A model generated the notes under the pieces. The model saw nothing but the letters and a program-made list of their open reading frames with translations, made no database searches and had not been told where the DNA came from. A stretch of 64,000 nt of DNA from Hyaloraphidium curvatum SAG 235-1 (taxonomy: Eukaryota > Fungi > Monoblepharomycota). Of this stretch, positions 13,649-24,289 are shown piece by piece. The stretch is from contig JAIVFI010000036.1 of assembly GCA_025558095.1 (NCBI GenBank), positions 434,001-498,000 on the forward strand, in the 5' to 3' direction. How positions within the stretch are numbered: the first letter of the stretch is position 1; each line of letters opens with the position of its first letter. Made by a program: the position numbers and the translations under genes.

Positions 13649-14167
13649 TCACCTAACCCGGGCCTCCATCATGACCGGCCTCCAGCTGAACCTCCTGCTC
13701 GCCGAGCTGCTCCCGCTGGCCCCGCTGTCCGCGCTCCCGGCGCTGTTCCCGGACCGAGCCGAGTCCCCGCTCCCCGCCGGCCCGAAGAGCAGCGGGTCCG
13801 TGAACTCGGTGAGGTCCGTCTCGACGTCCGAATCGTCGTCCCCCTCCCACGTGGGGAGAGGGTCGGCGGTGAGGCACTGCCAGCAGCAGCCCTCCCAGCC
13901 GCCGCCGTGCCCGCACGGGTCGGTTGGTGCCGGCCGCGGCCGCTGCCGTCTGCGGCACCGCGAGAGCGGCACCGAGTCCAGCGCCAGCTTCAGCGGGCCG
14001 AGAGGCAGCTGTGGCGGCAGTCTGCGTGTGGCGGAGATGGGGGCGGCGGCGGCGGGCGAGGGCGGGGATGCGTGCGGCGGGCGCGAGGACGACGCGGTCG
14101 GTGGTCGGCGCGCCGCGGGCGGCCACGAAAGGCGGGGCGACGGCGCGGCCGCGGCGGGCGGCGCCAT
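13649..14167 (-). CDS. Small low-complexity protein with CGH..CCWQC motif (family member A; no clear RVxF string)
   Basis: ATG at 14167 in ORF 13649-14728; PCGHGGGWEGCCWQC, acidic patch, Ser-rich tail. Confidence 0.6.
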   Translation of the reverse strand: MAPPAAAAPSPRLSWPPAARRPPTASSSRPPHASPPSPAAAAPISATRRLPPQLPLGPLKLALDSVPLSRCRRRQRPRPAPTDPCGHGGGWEGCCWQCLTADPLPTWEGDDDSDVETDLTEFTDPLLFGPAGSGDSARSGNSAGSADSGASGSSSASRRFSWRPVMMEARVR

Positions 14168-14989
14168 GTCCGCGCTGTGGTGCTGTGATTGGAGTTCCAT
14201 TCTGCGGTGGTTTCGGTGTATGATTTGGGTGGTGTTGCGAGGCGGGAACCGGGTGGCCGGGAAGTCTATCGCGTCCCATCTCCAGCCGCGTCCCAGCGGG
14301 TCCCAACTTTCGGGACAGGTGGCGGTGAGCTCGCCCCGTGCCGCCGCGCACTCCGACCCCGGCAGCAGTTGATTAGCTATTTGTACCTTCCGGGCGGCCG
14401 GGTGGGAGGGCTCCCCGTGCATTTCCTGCTGAAGGGGGTTGTGCCGACGCGCCGGGTTCCCGCCGCAGTGCCGCCCGGCACCGCTTGGCCGCCGGCTGAC
14501 TCGACGTGCCGAGCGCGGTCGGCCCTCGCCATCCGGAAAACCAGTGGGGGGAAACTGGAACCGCCCATCTCCAAACGATCGGGACCCCGGGTCGTGCTGG
14601 GAACGGAACCATGGCTGCGCCCGATGCGAGCGTCCCCGTTCGCCACCGCCGTCCGGAAAGCGACCCTGCGGGACCCGGTCCCAAAAGGCGGCGTCCCTAG
14701 TGATCGGCGGTCGGGGCTTAACTCGCACCCCGCCACCTCAATTGGCCGGCGACGTCCGCTCTATGGCCGATTCGCACAGTCTTCCCGCTCACACTGCCGC
14801 ACCCGCGGCCGCCCCCTCTAGCAGCATCCATCGTTCCTCACAGCGTCCCCGGGCACGGATTCCCGCGCAGCCTCCGAAGCACCGCCCCCGCGACCGCCAG
14901 CCCGCGGAGCTCCTCCTGCCCGCTGCCGCTAAGCCGCCTTTCTCCAGCAGAGTTGCATCACCGGCCGGCGACAGCACCGGCCCCGCTCC

Positions 14990-15850
14990 TCAGATCGTCC
15001 CCCGCCGCGGTATCGCCCGCAGCTTCCCGAGCACCGCGCCGACGACCTCCAGCCCCCGCAGACGGGCCTTCCCCCCGTTCCGTCCCCTGCTAGGCGTCTC
15101 ATCCTCCGAGCTGGATTCGGAGCTTAAGGAGCACGAATCCCCGCCGTCCTTCCCGGCGGGCGCGGGAAGCGACACCGGCACCCCGAACCCGCGGGGTAAG
15201 TCCTCTGCGCCCCAGGTGGCCGCGATGTCCTCGCCCTCGGCGAACGAGACCTTGCGGCGCATCGTCCCGGCCTCGGCGCGCTTCATGGCCGACCGCGGGA
15301 ACGTCGATGGCCTGCCCGGCCCGTCCCGTTCCGGATCCGGATCGGGATCGGCGTCCGGGTTGGGGAGGTGCGGGGATCCCATCTCGGTCCAGCATCCGAA
15401 GCAGAACCCGCCCCGGCCATGCGCGCATGCCCCCTCGGCCCAGGGCGGGCGCATCGGCGGGATGGGGATCGGTTTGGCCGGGGAGATCGGGGCCGAGCTG
15501 CCCTCAGAGGGGGAGGAGTACGAGAGCGACGAGGCCGAGAGGGTCGTGTCCGACAGCGACAGGTCCGAGAGGTCCGCGGAGCCCTGCCGGGGGACAAAGT
15601 CCGGGGGCGGCAGGCCCGGCAGAGAAAAGATGAAGCCGCGGTCGTGCTGCCTCGGCGTAACGGCATGTTCGGGGGTTCGGGGATCAAGGCCGGGGTGCGT
15701 GAATACGAATACGCCCGGCGCCGGGTCCTTCGCCGACAGCGCGCACAGCACCGTGGCCAGCTGGCCCGCCGTCATCGTCGCCTGCCCGGCGCCGTCCAGC
15801 GCGGGGAGCGAGGATGCCCGCGGCGGCGGGTGCGCGGCAAGGCCGGCCAT
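14990..15850 (-). CDS. Low-complexity protein with C-x-H/CxxC motif and PP1-docking-like string (member B)
   Basis: CAHGRGGFCFGC; RSAMKR..RRKVSFAEGEDIAATWGAED. ATG at 15850 in ORF 14990-17224. Confidence 0.65.
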   Translation of the reverse strand: MAGLAAHPPPRASSLPALDGAGQATMTAGQLATVLCALSAKDPAPGVFVFTHPGLDPRTPEHAVTPRQHDRGFIFSLPGLPPPDFVPRQGSADLSDLSLSDTTLSASSLSYSSPSEGSSAPISPAKPIPIPPMRPPWAEGACAHGRGGFCFGCWTEMGSPHLPNPDADPDPDPERDGPGRPSTFPRSAMKRAEAGTMRRKVSFAEGEDIAATWGAEDLPRGFGVPVSLPAPAGKDGGDSCSLSSESSSEDETPSRGRNGGKARLRGLEVVGAVLGKLRAIPRRGTI

Positions 15851-16789
15851 TCTCCGTCTCCCGTTCGCCCCGCTGCGGATCCTCCTCGCCTGTTCCCGCG
15901 CCGCCTTGCCGCGCCCTGCGGCCTGCCGTGCCCGGTATCCTCCGGTGGCGAGCGCGGTGTCCCCGCCGGGCCCCCTGGCCGCCCCAGATCCGATCGTGCG
16001 CGTCATCCGTGCCCTTTGGCGTTGCGTCGGCGGGTAGTCCGATCCCCAAGCCTGCGAAATGGGATCTGCGCCGGCCGCACCACCGGATCCGCGCACGGAG
16101 GGCGGCGGAGAAGCGCGGAGGTGCCTTATCGGAGGCGGGGGCATGCGGTCCGGACGCCGGGGGGGTGCGCGGGGCGAGGAAGATGGAGGATGCGGGAGGT
16201 GCGGAGGCCGCATGTGCGTTGCGCGGGGAGCGAGGATGCAGGCGGGAACCTCGCGCGCCCGGATTGCGGTGGATGCTGGTGCCGCGTTTACATATGTCCA
16301 TTCCATTTTCACACGCCCGGGGCTGCAAGCAGCGGTCCCCGACCCGCCGGCCAGGGACCCCCTGCCGGGCCGCCCGCCCCGCCGCAATCCGCCGCTTCCA
16401 ACCAACCCAACCCTCCCCGCCGCGCAGGCGGACCGGGACCCAAACCAACCGGGGACAAGGCAGCCGATCCATCCGCGGATCGATCCGCCCTTTCTGGCCC
16501 AGAGTTCCGGGGGTGTTTCGGCGCACCGCCCGATCCGATGTCGCCCCCCGCATCGTACGTCACACCCCCTGTCCCCTGCCGCGTGAATCCGCCGCGAAAT
16601 GCGCGCGGCGCGTCGATCTGCATCCATCCTACACGCTGGGGTGCGGATCGCCCGCGCGATGCGCCCGACACGGCATGCGGGCGGGGTCCGCCGGCGCCTC
16701 GGGGTCGCGGCGCCGCAGTTCGAGGGCCAGGGCTGTGTTCCCCAACGACTGCATTCAGACCTCCGCGGGCCCCGGATGACCCGGTAGCC

Positions 16790-17371
16790 ATGGACGCGGA
16801 AAGGGCGGCGCTGGAGCGGCGGGCGGCCGAGCTCAGGCTGGCGTTGGAGCGGCGCGTGCCGCCCGCCGTGTCGTTCGCCCCGCTCTCGCCCGCGGCCGAG
16901 CACCCCGCCGACAAGAGCGGGGTGAGGTTCGTGCCGCTGCCCGGCAAGGGCGTGGAGAGGGGCGGGAGCGATGCGACGCTGGGGTGCGGGCACGAGGGAC
17001 CCGGAGGGGGCGGTTGCTGGGGGTGCCATTGGGCGGGGGCGGGGTTCACCCGGGCGGCGGCGCCGGACGCGAAGGCCGCGGACCATATGGATGGCGATGA
17101 GGACAATGAAGATGAGGAGACGGAGGCGGAGGCGGAGCAGGACGCGGACCCGATGCCGGCGGGGTGGAGGCCGCCCGAGATGGTGCGGCGCTTCCCGCTC
17201 GGCGCGCCCATTACGAGGTCGCACTCGTTCCCCGTGGCTTCGCTGCGCCCGCAGAGGCTGCCGCCGGCGGGCAGGTCGATCCTACGGACCGCGAGCGGGG
17301 GTTTGCCGGGGAGGGAGGGAAGGAGGGTGCGCTTTGACGGGGCCGTGGTGGTGTTTGGGGAGCCTTCGTGA
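16790..17371 (+). CDS. Low-complexity protein with C-x-H/CxxC motif, SILK-like and RVxF motifs (member C)
   Basis: CGHEGPGGGGCWGC; RSILRTAS..RRVRFDGAVVVF. ATG at 16790. Confidence 0.65.
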   Translation: MDAERAALERRAAELRLALERRVPPAVSFAPLSPAAEHPADKSGVRFVPLPGKGVERGGSDATLGCGHEGPGGGGCWGCHWAGAGFTRAAAPDAKAADHMDGDEDNEDEETEAEAEQDADPMPAGWRPPEMVRRFPLGAPITRSHSFPVASLRPQRLPPAGRSILRTASGGLPGREGRRVRFDGAVVVFGEPS

Positions 17372-17546
17372 GGCGCAATGGGGTGAGGAAGGTAGGAGGG
17401 ACGGGCTCTTGTACAGGGGCGGTTGCTGGGTGATGGGAGTGCTGCGCCGGCGGAGGGGACTCCTGGTTGGGAAGCGAAAAAGAGGGCAGCGGTTCAGGTA
17501 TCGCTTTTCTTTCCGGCAACCGCGTCCGTCCACCAGGCTACAAGAC

Positions 17547-18374
17547 TCAACTCTGCACCGCTTCCCCGTCCCACACCGGCGCCCCCTCGTGCGGGAGCAC
17601 CCCCTGCCCCCCTCTCAGCCTCTCTATCGTCCCCCTCCCCCTCGTCCCGCCAAACAGCGCCAAGAAGCTCGCCGGCATCGAATCGCGGCGTATCCGCACC
17701 GACAGCATGCCCGGCTCCGGCAGGCCCCCGTCGAGGTCCGCGTCGTCGTCCTCGGTGTCGGTCCGGTCGTCCTCGTCCGAGGAGCACGAGCTGTAAGAGT
17801 CGTCCTGCCCCTCGCCGTTGCCGTCCAGGTCGCCCTCGGGCGGCCGCACGCCCTCGGGCCACTCCAGCCGGGCGTACTCGTGCTTGCCCCAGGTCTCGAA
17901 CACCTCGACGGCGTCGGAGAAGCGCACGTGCTTCACCGGGGGAGGCGGGGGGGCGGGGGGCCAGCCCGGGCGGGGGATGGGCGGGGCCAGGGAGGGCGGC
18001 AGCGAGGCTGGCAGCGAGAGGGACCGGAAGGAGGGTGTGGAGGGGGTTGGTTTTGCGGGCGGCGGGGCGAGGCGCGAGGGGGAGGCGGCGGCGCCGTCGT
18101 CGGGGGGCCCCGCCAGCCGCCCGCAGGCGAAGCAGAAGCCGGCCGCGTCCGGGGCGGCCGCGCACTCGGCGCAGTCCGAAACGTCCTCCGATGGCGCGGG
18201 CGCCGGCAGGAAGTCCGCCCACTCCGCGCCGCCGTCGACCAGCGTCGTCGTCGACGCCTCGTCGTGCCCCGGCGAGCACGCGGCGATCAGCCCCTGCACG
18301 AAGCCCGCGTCGCTCCGGCGGTACGAGAGGTAGCCGTCCGACCGAGCGCGCGGCACGCCCTCGTCGGTCCACAT
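17547..18374 (-). CDS. Low-complexity protein with CxxC..CFAC and RVxF string (member D)
   Basis: CAECAAAPDAAGFCFAC; KHVRFSDAVEVFETWGKHEYAR; acidic tract. Confidence 0.7.
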   Translation of the reverse strand: MWTDEGVPRARSDGYLSYRRSDAGFVQGLIAACSPGHDEASTTTLVDGGAEWADFLPAPAPSEDVSDCAECAAAPDAAGFCFACGRLAGPPDDGAAASPSRLAPPPAKPTPSTPSFRSLSLPASLPPSLAPPIPRPGWPPAPPPPPVKHVRFSDAVEVFETWGKHEYARLEWPEGVRPPEGDLDGNGEGQDDSYSSCSSDEDDRTDTEDDDADLDGGLPEPGMLSVRIRRDSMPASFLALFGGTRGRGTIERLRGGQGVLPHEGAPVWDGEAVQS

Positions 18375-19313
18375 CGCGGGGGAGCGCGCGGGGTGTTTTG
18401 ATTATTAGGCTTTGCTGGGAGAGGGCACGCCGACCAGGGCTGACCAATGCGCACCGCACCAAACAGGGGAAAGGGGTCCCGCGCGGCCCGCCGGGCCTCC
18501 GCCGCCGCGCCACCCCCCGGCCGGTCCATTGGTGCGCCGCCCCGGGGTTGCCCGCCCTTTTTCGGCGCCGCTGGGGATCTGGGGGGCACGCGATCCCAAC
18601 GGACCCCGGCGATCGGATCGACCCTGGAATTAGGTCCCTGTTCGACGTCACACCCCACTCACACCGTCCAACGAGCTTCCCCGCACCGGCAATGCACAAG
18701 AAACGACCGCCATCACCATCCCGACACGAACGTGCACGGCCGTCCGCGGGGGCGCATCCGCGTGCCCCGCTCGCACGGGCGAGGACGTCCCCGTGATTTG
18801 GGGTTCACTCGAATCGGCGCGTCGGGGCCCGCCCCGGTTGGGCCCGCCCCGGTCGGCGCGGGCCGACGGATCGGGGGGCTTGGCTCCGGCGTGGTCGATA
18901 GCTTTGGCTCGTTGAACGATGATGGGTGCCTGCGGCGGGGGGCCGGGGTGGGGGCAGGACGCCGGATGCCGCCGGTGGCGAACGGCGGCGGCGCCGGGGC
19001 GATAGGATCCCCGGCGCCCGAGCCCGATCCGGTTTCGCAGGCGCATGGGGGATGGATGCGGATCGCCGGTGGGAGTTTCGGGGTGCTGGAGTGAGGCAGA
19101 TGGGACGGAGGGGAGCCCGCGGCGGGTGGAGGGCTCACAGGTGCAATCTGGATGCCTCCGAGGTTCCGCTGCGGGCTTCCTGCCCACACCGGCGAGCGCC
19201 ATCGGCGAGCAGAGAGGGAGCCGGTCGGTGCAACACGTTATCTTACTCTGCCGCCGGCTTTGGCCCATCTAAATCTACCTCCAAATCTCCCGGGTCCGCC
19301 CACAGAACCCCCT

Positions 19314-20086
19314 TCAAAGCCTAGCGGCCTGCCCCTCTTGCTCCTCGAACCCGACAAAGTGCACCGCCTCGTCCACATCCTTGCGCTTGCTCACCACCGC
19401 GTTGGCCGGGAACGTCTCGTCGGGCCACCCCATCGCCACGCAGATCATGATGACCTGGTCGGCCGGGATGCCGGCGTGCTCCCTGACCACGGGGCTCTGC
19501 ATGATGCCCTGCGAGTTGATCACGCACCCCAGCCCGCGCGACCACGCCGCGTTGACGAGCGCGTTGGTGACGGCGCCGCAATCGAAGGGGCCGATGTCGC
19601 CGCCGTGGATGGAGCGGTCGTAGGTGACGACGATGGACACGGGCGCGTCGAACTGCCGGAAGCCGCGGAGCACCCAGTCCTGCCGCTTGACGGCGTCGTG
19701 CCGGGGGATGTCCATCGCGGCGAAGAGCTGCTTGGCGATCTCGACCTGCCCGTTCCGCGCCGATCAGCACCTGGCCGGGACCGCGCCCCGACGGGTCCCA
19801 CCTGCCGCTCCCTGTGCTTCCCGCCGTACTCCCCGTGGCTCCTGAACTCCCTGCTGTCCGGCACCCCCGCCAGGTTCCGCTCCGTGTTGCCCTTCCTGAT
19901 CCGGTCCAGCGGCGCGCCCGAGACCACCCAGAAGCTCCACGGCTGCGTGTTGAGGCTCGACGGCGCGCGCATGGCGAGCGAAATGACCTCGCGGATGAGG
20001 GAGGGGGGCACGGGCTTCTTGAGGAAGCCGCGGATGGAGCGGCGGCCGAGGACGACCTCGTCGAAGGTCTGCGTGGAGGGCGCCAT
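19314..20086 (-). CDS. Nitroreductase family protein, bacterial-like, one intron (19746-19801)
   Basis: RRSIRGF, RAPSSLNTQPW, FRQFDAPV, DCGAVTNALVNAAWSRGLGCV; 56-nt GT..GCTGAT..CAG intron; ends AARL*. Confidence 0.9.
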
Positions 20087-20286
20087 TCCGGGGCGGCGCG
20101 GGGCGGCGGGCGCGGCAGGACGGGGAATAAAGTCCAAAGGGCGGGATTCGCGGTCCGGCGCGGCGATAGGAGGCGCACGGGGCGGGGGGCAGGGGCGAGG
20201 TGGCGGCGTTGTTTTCCCGCGGACCGAGCCGCCCGGGCGTCCCCCACAGGCAGAGCGCCTTCCGATCACGCAACCGTTCCCCGCGC

Positions 20287-21181
20287 CTACACGAGGAACC
20301 TGCCCCCGTCGCACACGATCCTCGTCCCCGTGCTCCGCTTCAGGTACACGCACGCCATCACCGCCTCGGCCACGTCCTCGGGAGATACCACGGCCTTGAG
20401 CGGCGTGCCCTGGGCGATCTTCTCGAGCTGCTCGCGGGAGCGGCCGGCGACGAAGTCCGTGTCGACTTCAGGAGGGAGGGGGTTAGCTGAATGAGGGGGG
20501 GAGGGAGGGGGACGTACCGGCGCCGGGGGAGACGGCGAGCACCCGAACCTGGGGGCCGAGCGCCCGCCCGAGGCTCATGGTTATGTTATCGATCGCGGCC
20601 TTGGAAGCGCAGTCTGTCCGAACGACCGATCAGCGTTCCATCGCGAGCGGAGGACCCGGAGAGGCCGACCCACACGCCACGGAGGAGCCGCTGCCCGTGA
20701 ACCCGCTGATCGAAGAAACGTTCACAACCACGGCATCTCCGGAAGCCTTGAGCAGCGGGTGGAACGCGCGGATGGTCGAGTACACCCCCACGACGTTGGC
20801 CTGGAGCACCGAGGAGAACAGCGCCTCGTCCAGCTTCTCCAGGTCCGCGTGCGCCACGGGCTTCGTGAACCCCGCCGAGTTGACCAGCACGTCGACCTTG
20901 CCCCCGCACAGGGCGCCGACCGCCTCCGCGGCGGCCTTTGTCGACGCCGGGTCCTCCAGGACGAGCCGGAAGGACGCGTGGGGGGGTGCTTCGTCGCCCG
21001 AGGGGGGCGCGAGCGACGCGACGACGGCCTCGGCGCGTTCCTTGCCGTTGTTGTAGCTCACGTATACTGTCGCGCCGGCTTCGGCGAGGCGGAGCGCGGA
21101 GGAGCGGCCGATGCCGGAGGAGCCGCCGCAGACGACGGCGACCTTGCCGGCGAGGGAGTAGCGCGACGCGGCGGACGACAT
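20287..21181 (-). CDS. Short-chain dehydrogenase/reductase (classical SDR), two introns
   Basis: GKVAVVCGGSSGIG, LVNSAG, NVSSISG, (Y)CASKAA after splicing, TGTRIVCDGG. Confidence 0.88.
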
Positions 21182-21386
21182 CGCGATGAGGGAGGGAGGA
21201 AGGTCGAGCGAAGGAGAGGAGAGAAGGTGAAGAAATGGAGGAACGGGATTGAGGCCCGGAAGCGGAGGAGAGGATGGGGACCGGAAGTGGGTGGAGGCAA
21301 GTCAACAACCTGGGGCGTCTCCCACATTCGCCAACGATCACTCGCCAATCGGCGCAAATCACCATTGAAACCACCGCAGAAGCGCG

Positions 21387-22457
21387 CTACAGCTTCCCCG
21401 CCCCCGATCCCGCGAACCTCCTGTCCCCCGCCAGCCGCTCGTACTGGTTCTTCCCGCCCTCGCTCCACGCCTCCGCCTCCTCGTCCGTGTACTCGGTGCT
21501 GATCCTGTACGCGTCGATGTACATGGCCCTCTTCATGCGGTGGTACGCCCGCCCCGCGCGCGCCATGGGCGCCGCCTCGGTCGCCAGACCCTCCGCGGCC
21601 TCGAGCAGGGCTCCGTAGGACGAATCGGCCGCGGCGGCGTCGGCGATCCCGAACGAGAGGGCGTCCTCGGCCGTGAAGCGGTGCGCGAGGAGGAGCATCT
21701 TCCGCATCGTGGAGGGGGGGTACTTGGCCTTGAGGATGAGGTGCAGGGGCATCCCAGGCTCGGCCTTCATGATCAGCGCGTTCTTCGAAAGGGGGGTCAG
21801 CACCGCCCTCCCATGGAGCTAACGCGTGGTTCCCACCATGGATATCCACCCCCGTTTGGGCGCCACGGCACGGTAGTCGCAGCACGTCGCCAGCACGCAC
21901 CCGCCCGCGAACGCGTGCCCGTTGACCGCGGCGACGGTCGGCACCCGGAACGCGAGCACGCGCGCCAGCAGCGAGTAGAAGGTCCGCATGTAGGATTTGC
22001 CGGTCCGCGGGTCGGCGGCCTGGGGGAGCATCAGGCCGTTGGAGAAGAAGCGGCCGGGGCCGCCGGTGATGATGAGCGCGGCGGAGGGGGGGTCGGGGAG
22101 GGGAAGGAGCGATTCGACGTGGTCCAGGGCGTCTGGAACATGAGCACGAGGGGAAGATGACGGTCCAGGGGCGAAAGGACCGGAATCAGGCGGCGGGAGA
22201 CGGTTTCGGCACGTTTCGGCCCGAACCGTTCACCGCGGCCATGAGGTCCCACGACAGCCTGCGCCCGGCGGGGATCGAGATCGGAGTCAGGACCTTTCGG
22301 CGCGGGGGTAGGGACCGGCGCACCTGTTCTCGGGCGGGTTGCGGAGCTCCAGGGTGAAGAGCAGCGCGTCGCCGCGGCGGGCGACCGCGAGCGACGCCAG
22401 CGCTGCGGAGGGGCCGCCCGGTGCATTGCGGGGGAACAGGATCGTTTCGGCGGCCAT
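21387..22457 (-). CDS. Crotonase-family enoyl-CoA hydratase/isomerase (peroxisomal delta3,delta2-isomerase-like), multi-exon
   Basis: LIITGGPGRFFSNGL, PTVAAVNGHAFAGGCVLATCCDYR, HRFTAEDAL; ends GKL*. Confidence 0.82.
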
Positions 22458-22788
22458 GCCGGGGGCGGGGTGGCGGGGATGACGGGGAGGCGGGCCGATG
22501 CTGTGCGCCGGATTTGGGCTCGGGCGGCGACGCGCCTTTCGAGGCAAGGGTCCTGTGGCCACTCCGCAGCACAATGGCGGAGAGGCCTGCTGGAACCTTC
22601 GGGCCCCCGGGAAGAGGCAACAGACCGCCCGGCTAGAGCGGATCGGGAGCGCCGAGGCGGCGGCACCGGCGGCACCGGCAGGAGAGCGGGAATCGGGAGA
22701 AAGGGACCTCGGCTGCTGTGTTTGTTTTATTTCGGCCGCCCCGTCAGCTCCGACGGCCCGCTTCTCGACCGGCCAACCTCGGGCGCGC

Positions 22789-24060
22789 ATGCCGGGCACG
22801 CCGGCCGCCGGCCTCATGGAGCGGAACGCCGACTTTGTGCGCGCCCTCATCGGCGGCGCCGGGCCGCGCCCCGGGGGGCCCGCGCCCGCGCCGCTCAAGC
22901 TGCCCGCGGTGACCGACGCCTCGTCGTCGGCCACGCTGTCTTCGCCGTCGACGTCGTCCGCGCGCACCGCGTCGTCCAACACGCTGCTGTCGCTGGGCGA
23001 GGCGTGGAGCGGCGCGCTGCCGCCGACGCCCGCCTCGTCGGCCGCAACCCCGCCCGTCGAGCCGCCGTGGTTCCTCGCCGCCGGCACGCCCGGCACCCCG
23101 GGCTCGCTCGCGCTCGCCACCTCGTACTTTTCGCTGCCGGTGTCGGGCCACCCGCCGGCAGGGCACGGCACCCCCGGCACCCCCGGCACACCCGGCTCGT
23201 TCGCCACCTGGGCAAACTCGTCGCTGCCGCAGCCGCCCTCGGGCCTGGCGCACTGGGGCCACTCCTCGCTGCCGCAGCCCGCCGGCGCACCGAACCACCC
23301 CTGGCCCCAGGCATGGCCCGCCCAGCCCCTCGTGCGGGCGGCGATCGCCGGCGCCGCAGCCGCCCCCACGCCCCCCGCCTCCCCGGCCGCGCAGCACCCC
23401 GGCGCAGGTGCTCAGGGCTACTTTGCCCTGGCCCCGCAGCACATCCTGGCCCCACAGCCGCCCGCGCGCCAGGTATCCCGCCGCATCGTGCCGCCCCCCG
23501 GGACGCTGCTGCCCGCCGCCCCGCCCTTTGCGTGCCCGCTGTGCCTCACGGACCCGTGCCCGCACCGCCGCGCGCAGACCGACCCCGGCCCGGCACCCAC
23601 CACGCGAGGAGCCGCCGACCCCGCCCTCTCCAACTCGCTCCCCCTCCCCGCCCCCGGCTCGACCGCCGCCCCCGCCCCGAACGACGCCCCCCGGGTCTCC
23701 CGCTCCGCCTCGGCGCCATCCGGCCCGCCCGCCGCCCGCTCCCTCTCCGAGCCCCCCGCCGGCCGCCGCCGCCCCCCGCAGAAGGTCTCCTTCTCGCGGC
23801 GCGTCGTCCGGCACGCCACCTACAGCAAGAACGACTACGACCGCACCGGCATCGAGGTCGGCGCCGAGGGGTGGGACGAGGAGGACTGGGAGGGGTTCGC
23901 AGAGAGCAAGGAGGGGCGGGAGGCGGTCAGGGAGGCGCAGAGGGCCGCGGAGGAGGCGTATGCGGCGCAGCTGGAGGCCGCGAGGAGGGTGTACGGGGTG
24001 CAGGGGGCCGCGGGGTGGGAGGGCGGGTACGATTGGAGCGGCGAGGGGAGGGCCGTGTAG
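22789..24060 (+). CDS. Pro-rich protein with CPLC..CPH motif and RVxF string (member E)
   Basis: CPLCLTDPCPH; QKVSFSRRVVRHATYSKNDYDR followed by an acidic/helical tail; GTPGTP repeats. Confidence 0.7.
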   Translation: MPGTPAAGLMERNADFVRALIGGAGPRPGGPAPAPLKLPAVTDASSSATLSSPSTSSARTASSNTLLSLGEAWSGALPPTPASSAATPPVEPPWFLAAGTPGTPGSLALATSYFSLPVSGHPPAGHGTPGTPGTPGSFATWANSSLPQPPSGLAHWGHSSLPQPAGAPNHPWPQAWPAQPLVRAAIAGAAAAPTPPASPAAQHPGAGAQGYFALAPQHILAPQPPARQVSRRIVPPPGTLLPAAPPFACPLCLTDPCPHRRAQTDPGPAPTTRGAADPALSNSLPLPAPGSTAAPAPNDAPRVSRSASAPSGPPAARSLSEPPAGRRRPPQKVSFSRRVVRHATYSKNDYDRTGIEVGAEGWDEEDWEGFAESKEGREAVREAQRAAEEAYAAQLEAARRVYGVQGAAGWEGGYDWSGEGRAV

Positions 24061-24289
24061 CGGTCGCGGTTAGGAGGGCGGTGTATTGGACGCCCGTAGA
24101 CGAATGCAGCAGGCTGCAAATCGTTGGCCGGCCGGATCTCCTGCTCTTGAGATGCGCAAAGAGGCCGATCGGCCCGTCTTCCCCATCAGCTTTGGAGGCG
24201 TCGCGGACGCACGGGTAGCAGTCGATCGCGTGTGGGGGGGGCTCTCTGAAACGCGTCCACAAACAGTCCGGCCAGCCCCGCTCCGCCGC

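Noticed and set aside
18400-19300. Several 130-215 aa ORFs
   Set aside because: No recognisable motifs or consistent coding frame; treated as intergenic/promoter DNA.
19314-22457. Bacterial operon or contaminant contig
   Set aside because: All three genes contain canonical spliceosomal introns and are flanked by eukaryote-specific genes.
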